This document shows positions 45,429 through 55,300 of a DNA stretch of 64,000 nucleotides, in pieces. The stretch lies in the IMG/VR virus record IMGVR_UViG_3300045988_183673. One strand, written 5' to 3'. A model generated the notes under the pieces. That model saw only the letters and a program-made list of their open reading frames with translations. It did not search any database and was not told the DNA's origin. The position numbers and the translations under genes are program-made. Source of the DNA: a virus. Each line of letters begins with the position of its first letter. Position 1 is the first letter of the stretch.

Positions 45429-45947
45429 TTAAATAATCGAGAACTTACGCTTTTTGTTTGTGAACTCAACAATCATAGAAGGACGACGACTGCCGATAGT
45501 CTCTTTCCGATTCTCAGAGTCAATGAACAGATAAGGGTTCGTCATCTTGATTCTGGCAGGCAGAAACTTTACCCTTACTCCCTGCTGTCCATAAATGTAT
45601 CTCTGGAACCAGTCAGAGTCCGTAGAAACGGGTAAAAGCATGACGACCGTGGTATTCTTTTTCCTTGACTCCTCGTACGCCTTGCGCACCCACAACTTAA
45701 AGGACTTATGCCCTGTCGGGGGATTGCAAAATACTGTTTCACCTTTCCAGTCCTGCAAGAGACCATCGACACGCTCCGTGTAATATTTCTTGCATTTATG
45801 ATTTTTGTCCGATGCAGCCGCATCCAGAGTGAAACCGTATTCCTTGTTCAGGTCATCGAAAAGCCCCTGAGGCGTCTCCCATTCCTGTTTGTGAGTATTC
45901 TTGACTGCATAAGTCTTATCCGTTGTTTTCGTTTCTACGCTGTTCAT
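45429..45947 (-). CDS. dam: DNA N6-adenine methyltransferase (phage-type Dam, PF05869-like), orphan
   Basis: TPQGLFDDLNKEYGFTLDAAAS and the catalytic NPPTG motif (VFCNPPTGH). No restriction-enzyme partner in the window. Confidence 0.65.
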   Translation of the reverse strand: MNSVETKTTDKTYAVKNTHKQEWETPQGLFDDLNKEYGFTLDAAASDKNHKCKKYYTERVDGLLQDWKGETVFCNPPTGHKSFKLWVRKAYEESRKKNTTVVMLLPVSTDSDWFQRYIYGQQGVRVKFLPARIKMTNPYLFIDSENRKETIGSRRPSMIVEFTNKKRKFSII

Positions 45948-45976
45948 GGCAATCTTCCCCTTACGATTGATGATGT

Positions 45977-46615
45977 TTATTTCGTGGTCTTTGGGCCTTT
46001 TAAAAGCCCCTTGGTTCTGAGAATGTTCCGCACATATGCAAGGCGTCTTCTGCCAAAGCCATGTGCATTCTGCTTACTTTTGTTTTCGGCATAAGCCATA
46101 TCAGAATACTTGATGCCGTCTTTGTAATGCTTCAAGAGATAATCTGTAACAGTCGTATCTCTGATTGCAAGAATAGCATCGACAATTCTCGCTTCTTCTT
46201 TTTTCGAATAAGGATAATCGTCGATGTTATACCTGACCCCGTCCAGCCCGCAAATGATATTCACGGGCCAACCCTTACGGAAGGCAATGTTTGCTTCGCG
46301 GATATTCCGTTCTGTCATGACATCGCCGGTCTTATCTCTTCTGTGCCTGTACAATGTTCGCTGCGCACAGGCTTTGCATACACCCCGCGCATATATGATA
46401 GAAAGCCTATTACAAATAGGGCATTCTTCGATTCGGACATGCTTTCCGGACTTAACGGTTTGATAATCCAATCCGTTGATGTAAGTCTTATTGTTAAAGG
46501 TGATTGTTTCCGCACCCTTGTATTCAGGAAACTCATCTCCCGTATAAGTTCCCTTCATCTCTGCGGGAAGGGTATCTGCGTCGCTTTGAAGTACGTAGAA
46601 TTTCTTTTTGCTCAT
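45977..46615 (-). CDS. Hypothetical Cys-containing protein (212 aa)
   Basis: CPICNR...CKACAQR zinc-ribbon-like. Confidence 0.5.
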   Translation of the reverse strand: MSKKKFYVLQSDADTLPAEMKGTYTGDEFPEYKGAETITFNNKTYINGLDYQTVKSGKHVRIEECPICNRLSIIYARGVCKACAQRTLYRHRRDKTGDVMTERNIREANIAFRKGWPVNIICGLDGVRYNIDDYPYSKKEEARIVDAILAIRDTTVTDYLLKHYKDGIKYSDMAYAENKSKQNAHGFGRRRLAYVRNILRTKGLLKGPKTTK

Positions 46616-46634
46616 GGTCTACCACCGTTTCTGC

Positions 46635-47354
46635 TTATCCTGCGATGCTGCTTTCAGCAACCTCGAATGGCTTTACATCAACAAGCCTTACAGAAACAAT
46701 GGTAGCAAGCAGGTCTTTGGTGCTATTGAAGATGATGTTCTTCTTCTCGCCAAAGGTATCATAGAACTGAGCAGAGCAGCGATTCGGATTGTCATCGGTA
46801 TCCAGCATTTTGAATCCACTCTCTCCTCTGCACAGCATCGTGGTAATATAACTACCCATGTTGCAGAAGAAATCGGTTGTAGTGAACCGGAATACCGGAG
46901 GCGTTTTCTTACGGATGGTGATGTACCGCTCGTAAAGCTCTCCGTTGATTTCCGTAACCATCAGAAGTTCAAAGGTACAGATGAACTGCCCTGCTGTCGG
47001 TGACGGAATTCCGTGCGTAGGAGTTCCCTTGTGCTGCGCCGCACTCTCTGCCTCGTACATGATTCCGTACTGTGTAACGTTGACGGTGCCGAGATTGTCA
47101 ATCTTCTTGACAGTCTGATGTTTGACGAGATAGCCGTCGTACATAAGACGGTCAATAATTCTCTCGCCCTTGGCTTTCAGATTGTCGCCCTCAATCGTTG
47201 AAACGACTTCGTCAGAACCCTCGTACTGATAGCCAACGACACGACCAAAACATGCAGGCGCATCGTTTTCACTTTCTACTTTCAGGGACATAACTGACCC
47301 GAAAGGGCAATACTCCGGAATTCTTTTCTTTGCTACATAACGTTTTTCTACCAT
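46635..47354 (-). CDS. Hypothetical protein (239 aa)
   Basis: RBS ACGGGGGAC upstream. Promoter at 47519-47547. Confidence 0.5.
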   Translation of the reverse strand: MVEKRYVAKKRIPEYCPFGSVMSLKVESENDAPACFGRVVGYQYEGSDEVVSTIEGDNLKAKGERIIDRLMYDGYLVKHQTVKKIDNLGTVNVTQYGIMYEAESAAQHKGTPTHGIPSPTAGQFICTFELLMVTEINGELYERYITIRKKTPPVFRFTTTDFFCNMGSYITTMLCRGESGFKMLDTDDNPNRCSAQFYDTFGEKKNIIFNSTKDLLATIVSVRLVDVKPFEVAESSIAG

Positions 47355-47518
47355 TGAATCTGTCCCCCGTGTTTGCTTGTTGATTCGTATGATATTGCCT
47401 ATTTATTCTAATATAGTCAACATCAAAAAACTGCGTAAAAAATCGCACAGATGTTCTTCTGCGCTGTTCCACCATAGAAATATCACCGATATTCCCTGTT
47501 CATCTTGAACATATCTAT

Positions 47519-47547
47519 ATTATACCACATTAAAACAAGGTAGTCAA
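47519..47547 (-). promoter_or_regulatory. Sigma-A-type promoter, TTGACT-17-TATAAT (extended -10)
   Basis: Minus strand TTGACTACCTTGTTTTAATGTGGTATAAT. Confidence 0.6.
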
Positions 47548-47615
47548 CGACAAAAACCGTCGCAAATGTTAGTTTTCGCATTTACGACGGCTGAAGTTAT
47601 ATTTTTTTGAGCAAA

Positions 47616-49151
47616 TTATTTTATATCGCTTGCGTTTTCGTCAGGTTCGATGTGTGCATTGTCATCAGCCTTCTCGATTACAGGCAAACCGTGAATGTTG
47701 ATATTGCGGTCAGTCTTAGCATTGATACTATTCGCACGAACGATATCGGCCATATCAATACCGGTAGCTTCCTTGACGGTCTGCATGGTCTGTGCCATCA
47801 GCACAGGAACATTCCCAGACACGCCGGAAACGCCAGATGCATCGCCGCCGATGATAGATACTTTATCGATTGCAGACAAGGGCTGAGCTACATTCTTAGC
47901 GACATCAGGCAGGACCTTGATAAGCATCTCGGCTACAGCAGCCTCGTTGTACTGCTTGTAAGCCTCCGCCTTTTGTTTCATAGCTTCGGCTTCAGCAATA
48001 CCCTTCTGACGGATAGCCTCAGCTTCTGCCTTACCTACAAGGGCAATACCTTCGGCTTCCTGCTGCTTTGCAAATTTCTGAGCCTCAGCAGCACGTTCGG
48101 CTTCGTATTTTTTTGCTTCTGCTTCTTTTTGGCGTTTATACAATTCGGCATCCGCAGCTTTGCGAACCTCTGCATCCAGTTTTCTCTGCTGAACCTCGGC
48201 TTCCTGTGCAGCAAGGTCGACCATCTTCTTCTGCTTTGCGATTTCCGCATCAGCTTCGGCTTCTTTGATTTCCTTGGCGCGAAGATTTGTCTGAATCTGT
48301 CCTGCAGCGTTGGCATCAGCAGCAGCCTTGTCAGCCTCGGCCTTCAATTTGGCCTTTGCCAGCTGCAATTCATTGTTGCGCTGTGCAATAGCAGTCTGGG
48401 CTTCAACTTCCTTTTCATTGGCTGCCATTTCAGCGTCAGCCTTTGCGCGAGCAATATCACGAGCGGCTTCGGCACGAGCAATCTCTGCACGTTTCTTAAC
48501 GGCTTCTTCCTGCTCAATACCAATAGCCTCAATGACGCCGTGATTGTGACCCTGCGCATCAACGGCGTCTTTTACATCCTGCACATTGAAGGTCACAACT
48601 TCGAGGCCCATCTTTGCAAGGTCGGGACGGGCATTTTCGATTACTGACAGCGCCATTTGTTTACGATTTGTGAGAATCTGGTCAACCGTCATATCCGAAA
48701 CGATTTCGCGTAGGTTGCCTTGCAAGACATCATTTACTTTGTCATTGATGCCTTTTTCGTCCATGCCAAGGAAGTTCGAAATAGCCGACTGCTGACGACC
48801 CGTAATATATTCCTTGACATCCTTTGCACCAGATGCCTGAACCTCAGAGTCGAGAACAGTAGAATTATCGCTGTATACCTGAATCGTTACAACAGAATCA
48901 ATCCAGAGCGATACTCCTTCTTTTGTCTTGACACCCGTCTCAGGGGTTTTGACATCAATTTTCAGAAGACGCATATTCAGCTTATCTGCACGCTGCAGCA
49001 CAGGGATGACGAATGTACCCTTTCCGCAAACGACTTTGGGCTTTTTCAAGCCAAATCCAGTCACAACGATGGCTGCTGTGGGAGGCGCTTTTTTGTAGCA
49101 TGTGAATGCAAACAAAACAAACAATACGACAATGATAATTCCTAAAAACAT
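47616..49151 (-). CDS. Flotillin-family SPFH/band-7 protein
   Basis: N-terminal TM, an SPFH domain, and a long Ala/Glu-rich flotillin-type coiled-coil (AEAARDIARAKADAEMAANEKE...). RBS AAAGGAG upstream. Confidence 0.75.
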   Translation of the reverse strand: MFLGIIIVVLFVLFAFTCYKKAPPTAAIVVTGFGLKKPKVVCGKGTFVIPVLQRADKLNMRLLKIDVKTPETGVKTKEGVSLWIDSVVTIQVYSDNSTVLDSEVQASGAKDVKEYITGRQQSAISNFLGMDEKGINDKVNDVLQGNLREIVSDMTVDQILTNRKQMALSVIENARPDLAKMGLEVVTFNVQDVKDAVDAQGHNHGVIEAIGIEQEEAVKKRAEIARAEAARDIARAKADAEMAANEKEVEAQTAIAQRNNELQLAKAKLKAEADKAAADANAAGQIQTNLRAKEIKEAEADAEIAKQKKMVDLAAQEAEVQQRKLDAEVRKAADAELYKRQKEAEAKKYEAERAAEAQKFAKQQEAEGIALVGKAEAEAIRQKGIAEAEAMKQKAEAYKQYNEAAVAEMLIKVLPDVAKNVAQPLSAIDKVSIIGGDASGVSGVSGNVPVLMAQTMQTVKEATGIDMADIVRANSINAKTDRNINIHGLPVIEKADDNAHIEPDENASDIK

Positions 49152-49166
49152 GGTATACTCCTTTTC

Positions 49167-49397
49167 TTATCTGCAATGGGATTTGCAATACTTTGACACT
49201 TTGCTGGCGACCTCTTTCTTGAATGCATATTCATCACATTGTGCCAAACGCATTTTATATATCTCCTGCTGTTTGGCAACACGAGCCGAATAGCCTTCGC
49301 ATACGGAATGACATCCAGCTTTGCGATGTGGGCATTGATAACAGGTTCTAAAAATGTCGTGTTCGCTCGCACTTCCAGTATTGCTGTTCGATGTCAT
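49167..49397 (-). CDS. Small Cys-rich protein (76 aa)
   Basis: Several Cys and His residues. RBS AGGGGGAA upstream. Confidence 0.45.
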   Translation of the reverse strand: MTSNSNTGSASEHDIFRTCYQCPHRKAGCHSVCEGYSARVAKQQEIYKMRLAQCDEYAFKKEVASKVSKYCKSHCR

Positions 49398-49435
49398 AAA
49401 TGGAATTCCCCCTATCTTTCCAATTGATATATTAT

Positions 49436-49464
49436 ATTATACCACAAATAAGCAAAAGAATCAA
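49436..49464 (-). promoter_or_regulatory. Sigma-A-type promoter, TTGATT-17-TATAAT (extended -10)
   Basis: Minus strand TTGATTCTTTTGCTTATTTGTGGTATAAT. Confidence 0.5.
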
Positions 49465-49516
49465 TTAAAAAAGGCAAGCAAGATACTTCTCGCTCGCCTT
49501 CTGCTTTTCTGTGTTG

Positions 49517-50605
49517 TTAGGTTTTTTCGCTGTCTTCGCTATCTTCTTCTTTGCGGCTATCTTTAGAGAACCCGACAAAACCGCATGCGCCTGCGGAAAT
49601 TCCGAAGATTACTGCCATGATGGGCATGATGAGTCTGTTTCGATATACAGCGCCTACAATGAAATTGGCGTTAGCTACCTGCTCCAATACATAGTGCGCA
49701 ATCGCGCAAATCGTAAGTTCAGAAGCGTTACCGAACGATTCATCAAGACCGATGCTGAGCAACGACATGGAATAGGTTGCGCTGGCTACATACTTAATTT
49801 CGATAGGTGCAGCGGTTTCATATACAGCTACATAACTCTTGCCGGTATTCTTTTGACCGTAGATAGACAGTGTGCGGTAGAATCCGCCTTCTGCCCTTGC
49901 TACTGGGTCGCTTGTCCACTTACCGCCTGTGATTTTATAGGAATCACTGTTCAGACCGATGGCAGACATCAAATCACGCTTATAACCATCCCAAAGCGGT
50001 GTGGCGGGATTGTATGTGTGGACTTTTCCGAGATAGACATATGCGGTGGCACCTTCCGGAATTACGACTTGTCCATCAATCGTGAAATCGACCCATGTAT
50101 CGGTGTCCTCGACTTCATTGACCTCTTTCAGAACGCCTTCAACTTCCGTACCATCATCAAGAGTGAAGGTCTTGTTTTGCGGGGCGTTCGGTTTCTTGTC
50201 TTCGCCTTTATACTCTACTGTCATTTCTGTGGGAATATCGGCTTGCTCTTCCGTGTACTGAACATCTTCGAGCGGCAATTCATACTGTTCTCCGCCCAGC
50301 GTTACAGTATAAGTCTGAGGAACTTCTTTTACAGTCAAATCCGTATATTCTACGGTTTCTTGATACTTGGTATTGAGTTCCCTTTGCTGATAATCTACGC
50401 TGTCTTCGTCGAGGACATAGGTATTACCGTTCTCCTCAATTTCCTTCGGAAGAGGATTGGCATCGGCTTCTTCTTGGTCCTTGTAATTGAACTCACGAGT
50501 GATATCAATATCAATATCACCAAGAGAAGTCAACGCTTGTGTAGAAATACATCCTACACAAAGCAGCGCACTTACAAAAGCAAGCACTCTCATTACATTT
50601 TTCAT
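49517..50605 (-). CDS. Lipoprotein (signal peptide LLCVGCIS), about 363 aa
   Basis: Start set at MKNVMRVLAF. No good SD is near it, so the start is uncertain. The ORF track extends 85 codons upstream through the promoter box. Confidence 0.45.
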   Translation of the reverse strand: MKNVMRVLAFVSALLCVGCISTQALTSLGDIDIDITREFNYKDQEEADANPLPKEIEENGNTYVLDEDSVDYQQRELNTKYQETVEYTDLTVKEVPQTYTVTLGGEQYELPLEDVQYTEEQADIPTEMTVEYKGEDKKPNAPQNKTFTLDDGTEVEGVLKEVNEVEDTDTWVDFTIDGQVVIPEGATAYVYLGKVHTYNPATPLWDGYKRDLMSAIGLNSDSYKITGGKWTSDPVARAEGGFYRTLSIYGQKNTGKSYVAVYETAAPIEIKYVASATYSMSLLSIGLDESFGNASELTICAIAHYVLEQVANANFIVGAVYRNRLIMPIMAVIFGISAGACGFVGFSKDSRKEEDSEDSEKT

Positions 50606-50659
50606 AGCTTTTTTGGGCGTCTTAGCAGCTTGTCTGCCTGTACGCCGCCTCCTTTCGAA

Positions 50660-50700
50660 TTCTCCTTTTATTGTATCTACTTTGCAGCAAATAGCAAAGA
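50660..50700 (-). promoter_or_regulatory. TTGCTGCAAAGT-box (copy 11). Here it is preceded, not followed, by a terminator (50705-50738).
   Basis: Minus strand TTGCTGCAAAGTAGATACAATAAAAGGAG. Confidence 0.45.
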
Positions 50701-50704
50701 AAAA

Positions 50705-50738
50705 AGCCGAGCGGCTTATCACCGCTCGGCGTCCCCAT
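50705..50738 (-). terminator. Rho-independent terminator (GCCGAGCGG-tgataa-GCCGCTCGGC plus T6 on the minus strand)
   Basis: Perfect 9-bp stem after the stop of the 50745..51296 gene. Confidence 0.7.
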
Positions 50739-50744
50739 CTTATT

Positions 50745-51296
50745 TCAATTTTCGTTTGAATCTTCATCGAAGCTTGTGCTGACCCGTTCCTCTTTCGGAA
50801 TGTACTTGGGTGTGGGTTCACAGCGACATTTAAGTACATACTCACTGTCTCCAAATGCAAGCTCCATCAATGCTAACGGGTAGGCAAAAAATAGTTTCTT
50901 AGCAAACGCTTCATCTTTATCAAATGCTCTGGCAAGCTTCTTGTAAAAAAACCAGCAATAAATCGCCAATGCAATGGTACAGACTACATAATCGCAATCC
51001 AAAATCGTAAAGCGTGGATGTTGAACTCTATCCATAAAGAACGCAATCCAAAAGAACGATGGAATGCATGGGGCAATAGAACCGACACCGTATACTATGG
51101 GATATACACCGTAAGAGCCGTATGCGAAAATTAACGGCGATGCGCCTTTCTTGTACGCTTTATAAGACATTTTCATAACGCATACAAAAACAGTTATGAG
51201 CACGGCGTAAATCGGGAGCATGGCAATAACATGGAAAATACCGAGCTCTCTTGTAAAGGTGTACAAAAGTGTGCTTAAAAATAAAATAACTGGCAT
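50745..51296 (-). CDS. Integral membrane protein (4-5 TM)
   Basis: RBS GAGGAGG upstream. Promoter at 51319-51347. Confidence 0.55.
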   Translation of the reverse strand: MPVILFLSTLLYTFTRELGIFHVIAMLPIYAVLITVFVCVMKMSYKAYKKGASPLIFAYGSYGVYPIVYGVGSIAPCIPSFFWIAFFMDRVQHPRFTILDCDYVVCTIALAIYCWFFYKKLARAFDKDEAFAKKLFFAYPLALMELAFGDSEYVLKCRCEPTPKYIPKEERVSTSFDEDSNEN

Positions 51297-51318
51297 TCTT
51301 ATTCCTCCTCTTTTTTAT

Positions 51319-51347
51319 ATTATACCACATTTTGTTTTAATGGTCAA
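51319..51347 (-). promoter_or_regulatory. Sigma-A-type promoter, TTGACC-17-TATAAT (extended -10)
   Basis: Minus strand TTGACCATTAAAACAAAATGTGGTATAAT. Confidence 0.6.
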
Positions 51348-51544
51348 CTTGTATAATACAAAAAAGATAGCCACCCATTTCTGAGCGGCTATCTGAAGAT
51401 TTGAGGTTCGCATTCAGTGCCTAAACACTGTTTTGCTTCCCTGATGACTGGTTTTATCGTTGCTCGCCAACCGCAGGTCTATACATCCTGCATCGCACTT
51501 TGAGAAAATAATCGAGTTTATGTGCCAGCCTCACAAGGCGTCTT

Positions 51545-52204
51545 TTAGCCTACTGCGGTTTCGTCAGCAGGGGCCTCGGACTCAGCAGCAGAATCGGCCT
51601 CGGCAGTATCCTCAGAGGAAGCCTCCTCAGTGGATTCGGCGGCATCGCCATCAGTCTCGGCGCTTTCAGCCTCGCTGTCGGAAGCCTCACTGTCAGCAGC
51701 TTCGGATTCAGCAGTGCTCTCAGCCTCGGATGCGGCCGCTTCCTCAGCAGGCACGGAGGTAGCCACCAGCAGATTGCCCTCGGCATCAGCCTGACCACAG
51801 TTGTACAGATATGCGAACGCGGCGCTCAGATTGTCGAACTTGGACAGGTCAGGAACCTCAACAGTAGAACCGTCATCAGCGGTCTTGGTACCGTCGAAAT
51901 GAACGCTGCCATCCTCGTCATAGCGAACGGTGACGGTATAGCCATCGCTTGCCAGAGCCTCGGTCATATAAGCGGCATAAGCGTTCATGGTGGTCTTCAT
52001 CTGGTCCTCACTCAGAGAAACACCATCGGGCATCTCAGTCAGCTTGCTGTTATCCAGAACCTCAACTGCGGACTCACTGGTCGCGCCGCTTGCACTGGCA
52101 GCATCATCCTTCTTGCCACAACCAACAAATGCAGTGCAGGCCATTGCCATAGCGAGACACAGCGCAGCACCCTTCTTTACAGAACTCTTGTTAACCTTCT
52201 GCAT
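51545..52204 (-). CDS. Lipoprotein (lipobox FVGCG) with an acidic Ala/Glu/Ser-rich C-terminus
   Basis: Start set at MQKVNKSS (RBS AAAGGAGAAG 6 nt upstream). Confidence 0.55.
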   Translation of the reverse strand: MQKVNKSSVKKGAALCLAMAMACTAFVGCGKKDDAASASGATSESAVEVLDNSKLTEMPDGVSLSEDQMKTTMNAYAAYMTEALASDGYTVTVRYDEDGSVHFDGTKTADDGSTVEVPDLSKFDNLSAAFAYLYNCGQADAEGNLLVATSVPAEEAAASEAESTAESEAADSEASDSEAESAETDGDAAESTEEASSEDTAEADSAAESEAPADETAVG

Positions 52205-52272
52205 GAGTAACTTCTCCTTTTTCATGTGTGTTTGTTTGATGTGCATAAACAAGCTTCATGCACTATGCTTAT

Positions 52273-52301
52273 ATTATACCACCAAAAGCGTAAATAGTCA
52301 A
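52273..52301 (-). promoter_or_regulatory. Sigma-A-type promoter, TTGACT-17-TATAAT (extended -10)
   Basis: Minus strand TTGACTATTTACGCTTTTGGTGGTATAAT. Confidence 0.6.
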
Positions 52302-52380
52302 CAAAGAATAGCGCCCCACAGATTTACCTGCGGAGCGCTATATGTTATCTCTTACGCGGAGTAGAGATTATTTCAGTTGG

Positions 52381-55300
52381 TTACTGCTTCTTTTCCTCGG
52401 TTTTATCCTCGGTCTTTTCAGCAGTTTTTTCTTCGCTATCGCCCTTCTTCTTCTTGACGATGACAAATGCGCCAACGCCAATCAGAGCAACAACAACGAT
52501 AACAGGAACGATGATGTCTGCGCCAAAACCAACGCCAGTCTTGTAGTTAACTACAACAGGTGCCGGAGTGGGAGCAGGTTCATTCTTGACTACAGGAGTC
52601 GGAGTCGGTCTGCTTTCTTCCGGAGGATTCTCCAGCTTAACACTTGCTACCCGAACATCACCGTAGTTGCCTGCCTTATCGACTGTACGGGTCACAATGT
52701 AACCAGTCCAATCGGGGCTCAGCTTGAAGGTAACGTAACCGTTGTCCTTATCAATGTTTGTGACATCGACAGTCTCGAACTTGGTTTCGTCGAAGGTGTA
52801 ATCGCCCTTAGCACTCTTGGCAATAGCAGAACCATTGACCTTGTAATACTGAATCTTAGCGACACCGGAGTTGTACTCGCCATCCAGAGCGGAAATAGCA
52901 GGAACGGAATCCTTGACCTTTACAACAGGCACGAAGTCAGGGTCTTCGGTATCGTCCTTATCACCGTTTTCGTCGGGAGTAGCAACGACATCGTTACCGT
53001 TTTCATCACCGGTCTCGTCGCCGGTTGTGAAGAGAGCGGGCTTACCATGAGCAATACGAAGCGTAGTGGCTTCGGTCTTGTCATCGGTCGTTTCGGTCTT
53101 CTCGGACTCGCTGGGAACTTTCTCCTCGGTACCGGATTCGGTTTCATCCTTCTTGTCGGAATCTTCCTTCTTATCGGTATCGTCGGTATCGTCCTTCTTG
53201 TCGTCTTCCTTCTCAGGTGCCTTGCCGGTCTCTTCACCAGTAATGAACACATTGATGGTGCTCTCGAACTTGACGAACTTCTCGTTCAGCAAATCGGTCT
53301 TATTGGTGGAATCAACCTTATCGGCAGCGAAAGCAGAAGCAACGACAGGAGCTTCGGTATCAACAGATGTGGTGATAGTTCCCATCTCGGTAATGGCACC
53401 TGTCTTCAGGTCAATCAGGTAATAGGTAGAAGTAACCTTCTCACTATTAGCGGAAATGACCATCTTCTCGGCCCACTCAGCATCGGTCAGGGAATCGCTG
53501 GTTCCGATTGCGTAACCCTTAGGAGCGATAACTTCAACCTTAGAGTTGAAGTACAGGCCACTCAGGTCATCAGTCGTCTTCTTGGTAACCTCAACAGGCT
53601 TGCCGGTCTTTTCGTCAGCCACAGTACCAACGATAGTTGCAGGTTCTACATCGGCAAGATGCAGACGCTGAACTTCGAGGTCTCCTGTGGTAGGCAGGTA
53701 ATTGTAGTTGTCGTAAGCGCCGCCAACATACTTGAAAGCGTCCTTCGTCAAGCCAACATTACCGAAGATACCATCGATGCTGGAAGCAACAATGAGTTCG
53801 AAGGAAGGCAGCTTAACGGTTTCAGCAGTCTCGTCGAAAGCGTAACCGCTGGTCTTGATTTCGGGAATCTCCGTCTTAGTGCCATACAGCTTGACGACGG
53901 GGTTCGGGTCGAGAGTAACCGTCAGGTCTTTGCGAGCGATAACAAACTGACCATCGGCTTCGTTCTTATCGGCATCGACGACATTGATTGTTACTGCGTA
54001 ATTCTGCTCAACAGCAGCATCGTAATCAGAGGTAACGGTGTAGGTGTAAGTACCAGCGTTCTTGACATTCTCAGTCTTGAACTGGCTGTCGCTCTCCACG
54101 CCGTCATCGCCGCTGGCGATGTCAGGAGTCAGAGTCGCCTTTGCATCAGCAGTCAAGGGAGCAGTCTGTGCATTGTCGGTGGTCTTGTCGTTCTCGAAAG
54201 GAGTATAAACAAGTGCCATCTTCAGGCCCAGAGAATCAGGTTTGACAGCTGCACCGTGTGTACCGTCGCCATTGGTGGCAACAGCATTTACGGTGAAGTC
54301 GGGGTTAGTGGTATCGCCATAGACGATATCCTTGGGCTCGGTGACAGTGACTTCGACCAGACGTTCGCCAATGGTATAAACGCCATTAACAATCGTAATC
54401 AGGTAATCGTCATTGTCGTAAGAACCGACCATGTCGTATGCACCGTAATTCTTGACAGATTCGGGCACGCTCTCCGCAACCAGAGAAGCAGCACCGTCAG
54501 CAGACTTCATGGAAATCTCTTCGGCAACCGCATTCTCAACATCCTTCTGAGTGATGCTGATAATAGCTTTCAGGTCATCGCCATTTACGATGGTCTTCTT
54601 ATCGGCATCGCCAGTATAGGTAAGAGTATTGCTCAGTTCAGCCATTTCATTGCCGTAGACAGAACCAACAGTGCCGATGGTCCAAGTCAGAGGACGCTGA
54701 GTGACCGTGTAAGTGCCGTTCATAGCAGTTACCAGATAATCCTGATAAGAAGCCTGACCGACGCGGTGAGCCAGACCGGAGAAGGAAGGAACAATGTCAT
54801 AGCCTCCGACATGGCTTGCAGAAGTGACGAGGCACAGGTTCGTGCCTTCCAGAATATCACCATTGACCAGAGCTGCCTTGGCAGTGTCACCAGTGTATTC
54901 CAGAACGTTCACGGTACCGTAATCAGACCAATCTTCAACAGCAACATCGTCGCCATAGATAGAAGTCTGGGGTTTAGCGGTGACAGTGATGGGACGCTTG
55001 TCGATAACAAAATCAACGGGAGCGTAAACAAAGGTGTAGTTGTTTGCTGCGGCATTCTCAACATTTGCAGGAACGACCTTGCCGGTACCAGCGTGAGAAG
55101 CTACCGTTGCGGGAGCTCCCTCAGCATCGGTAAAGTTGAAGGTCAGGTTTGCAATGCTCAGGACACCAGCATCATCGGGAGTGGTGTTGCCCTTGACGGG
55201 TTTCACAACGAATCCATCGAAAATCAGGTCATCGCCGGAGAGAACAGGGTTCTCATCGCCGTAAATCTTGCTCTGAGCTGCCAGAGTGACATTCAGAGTA

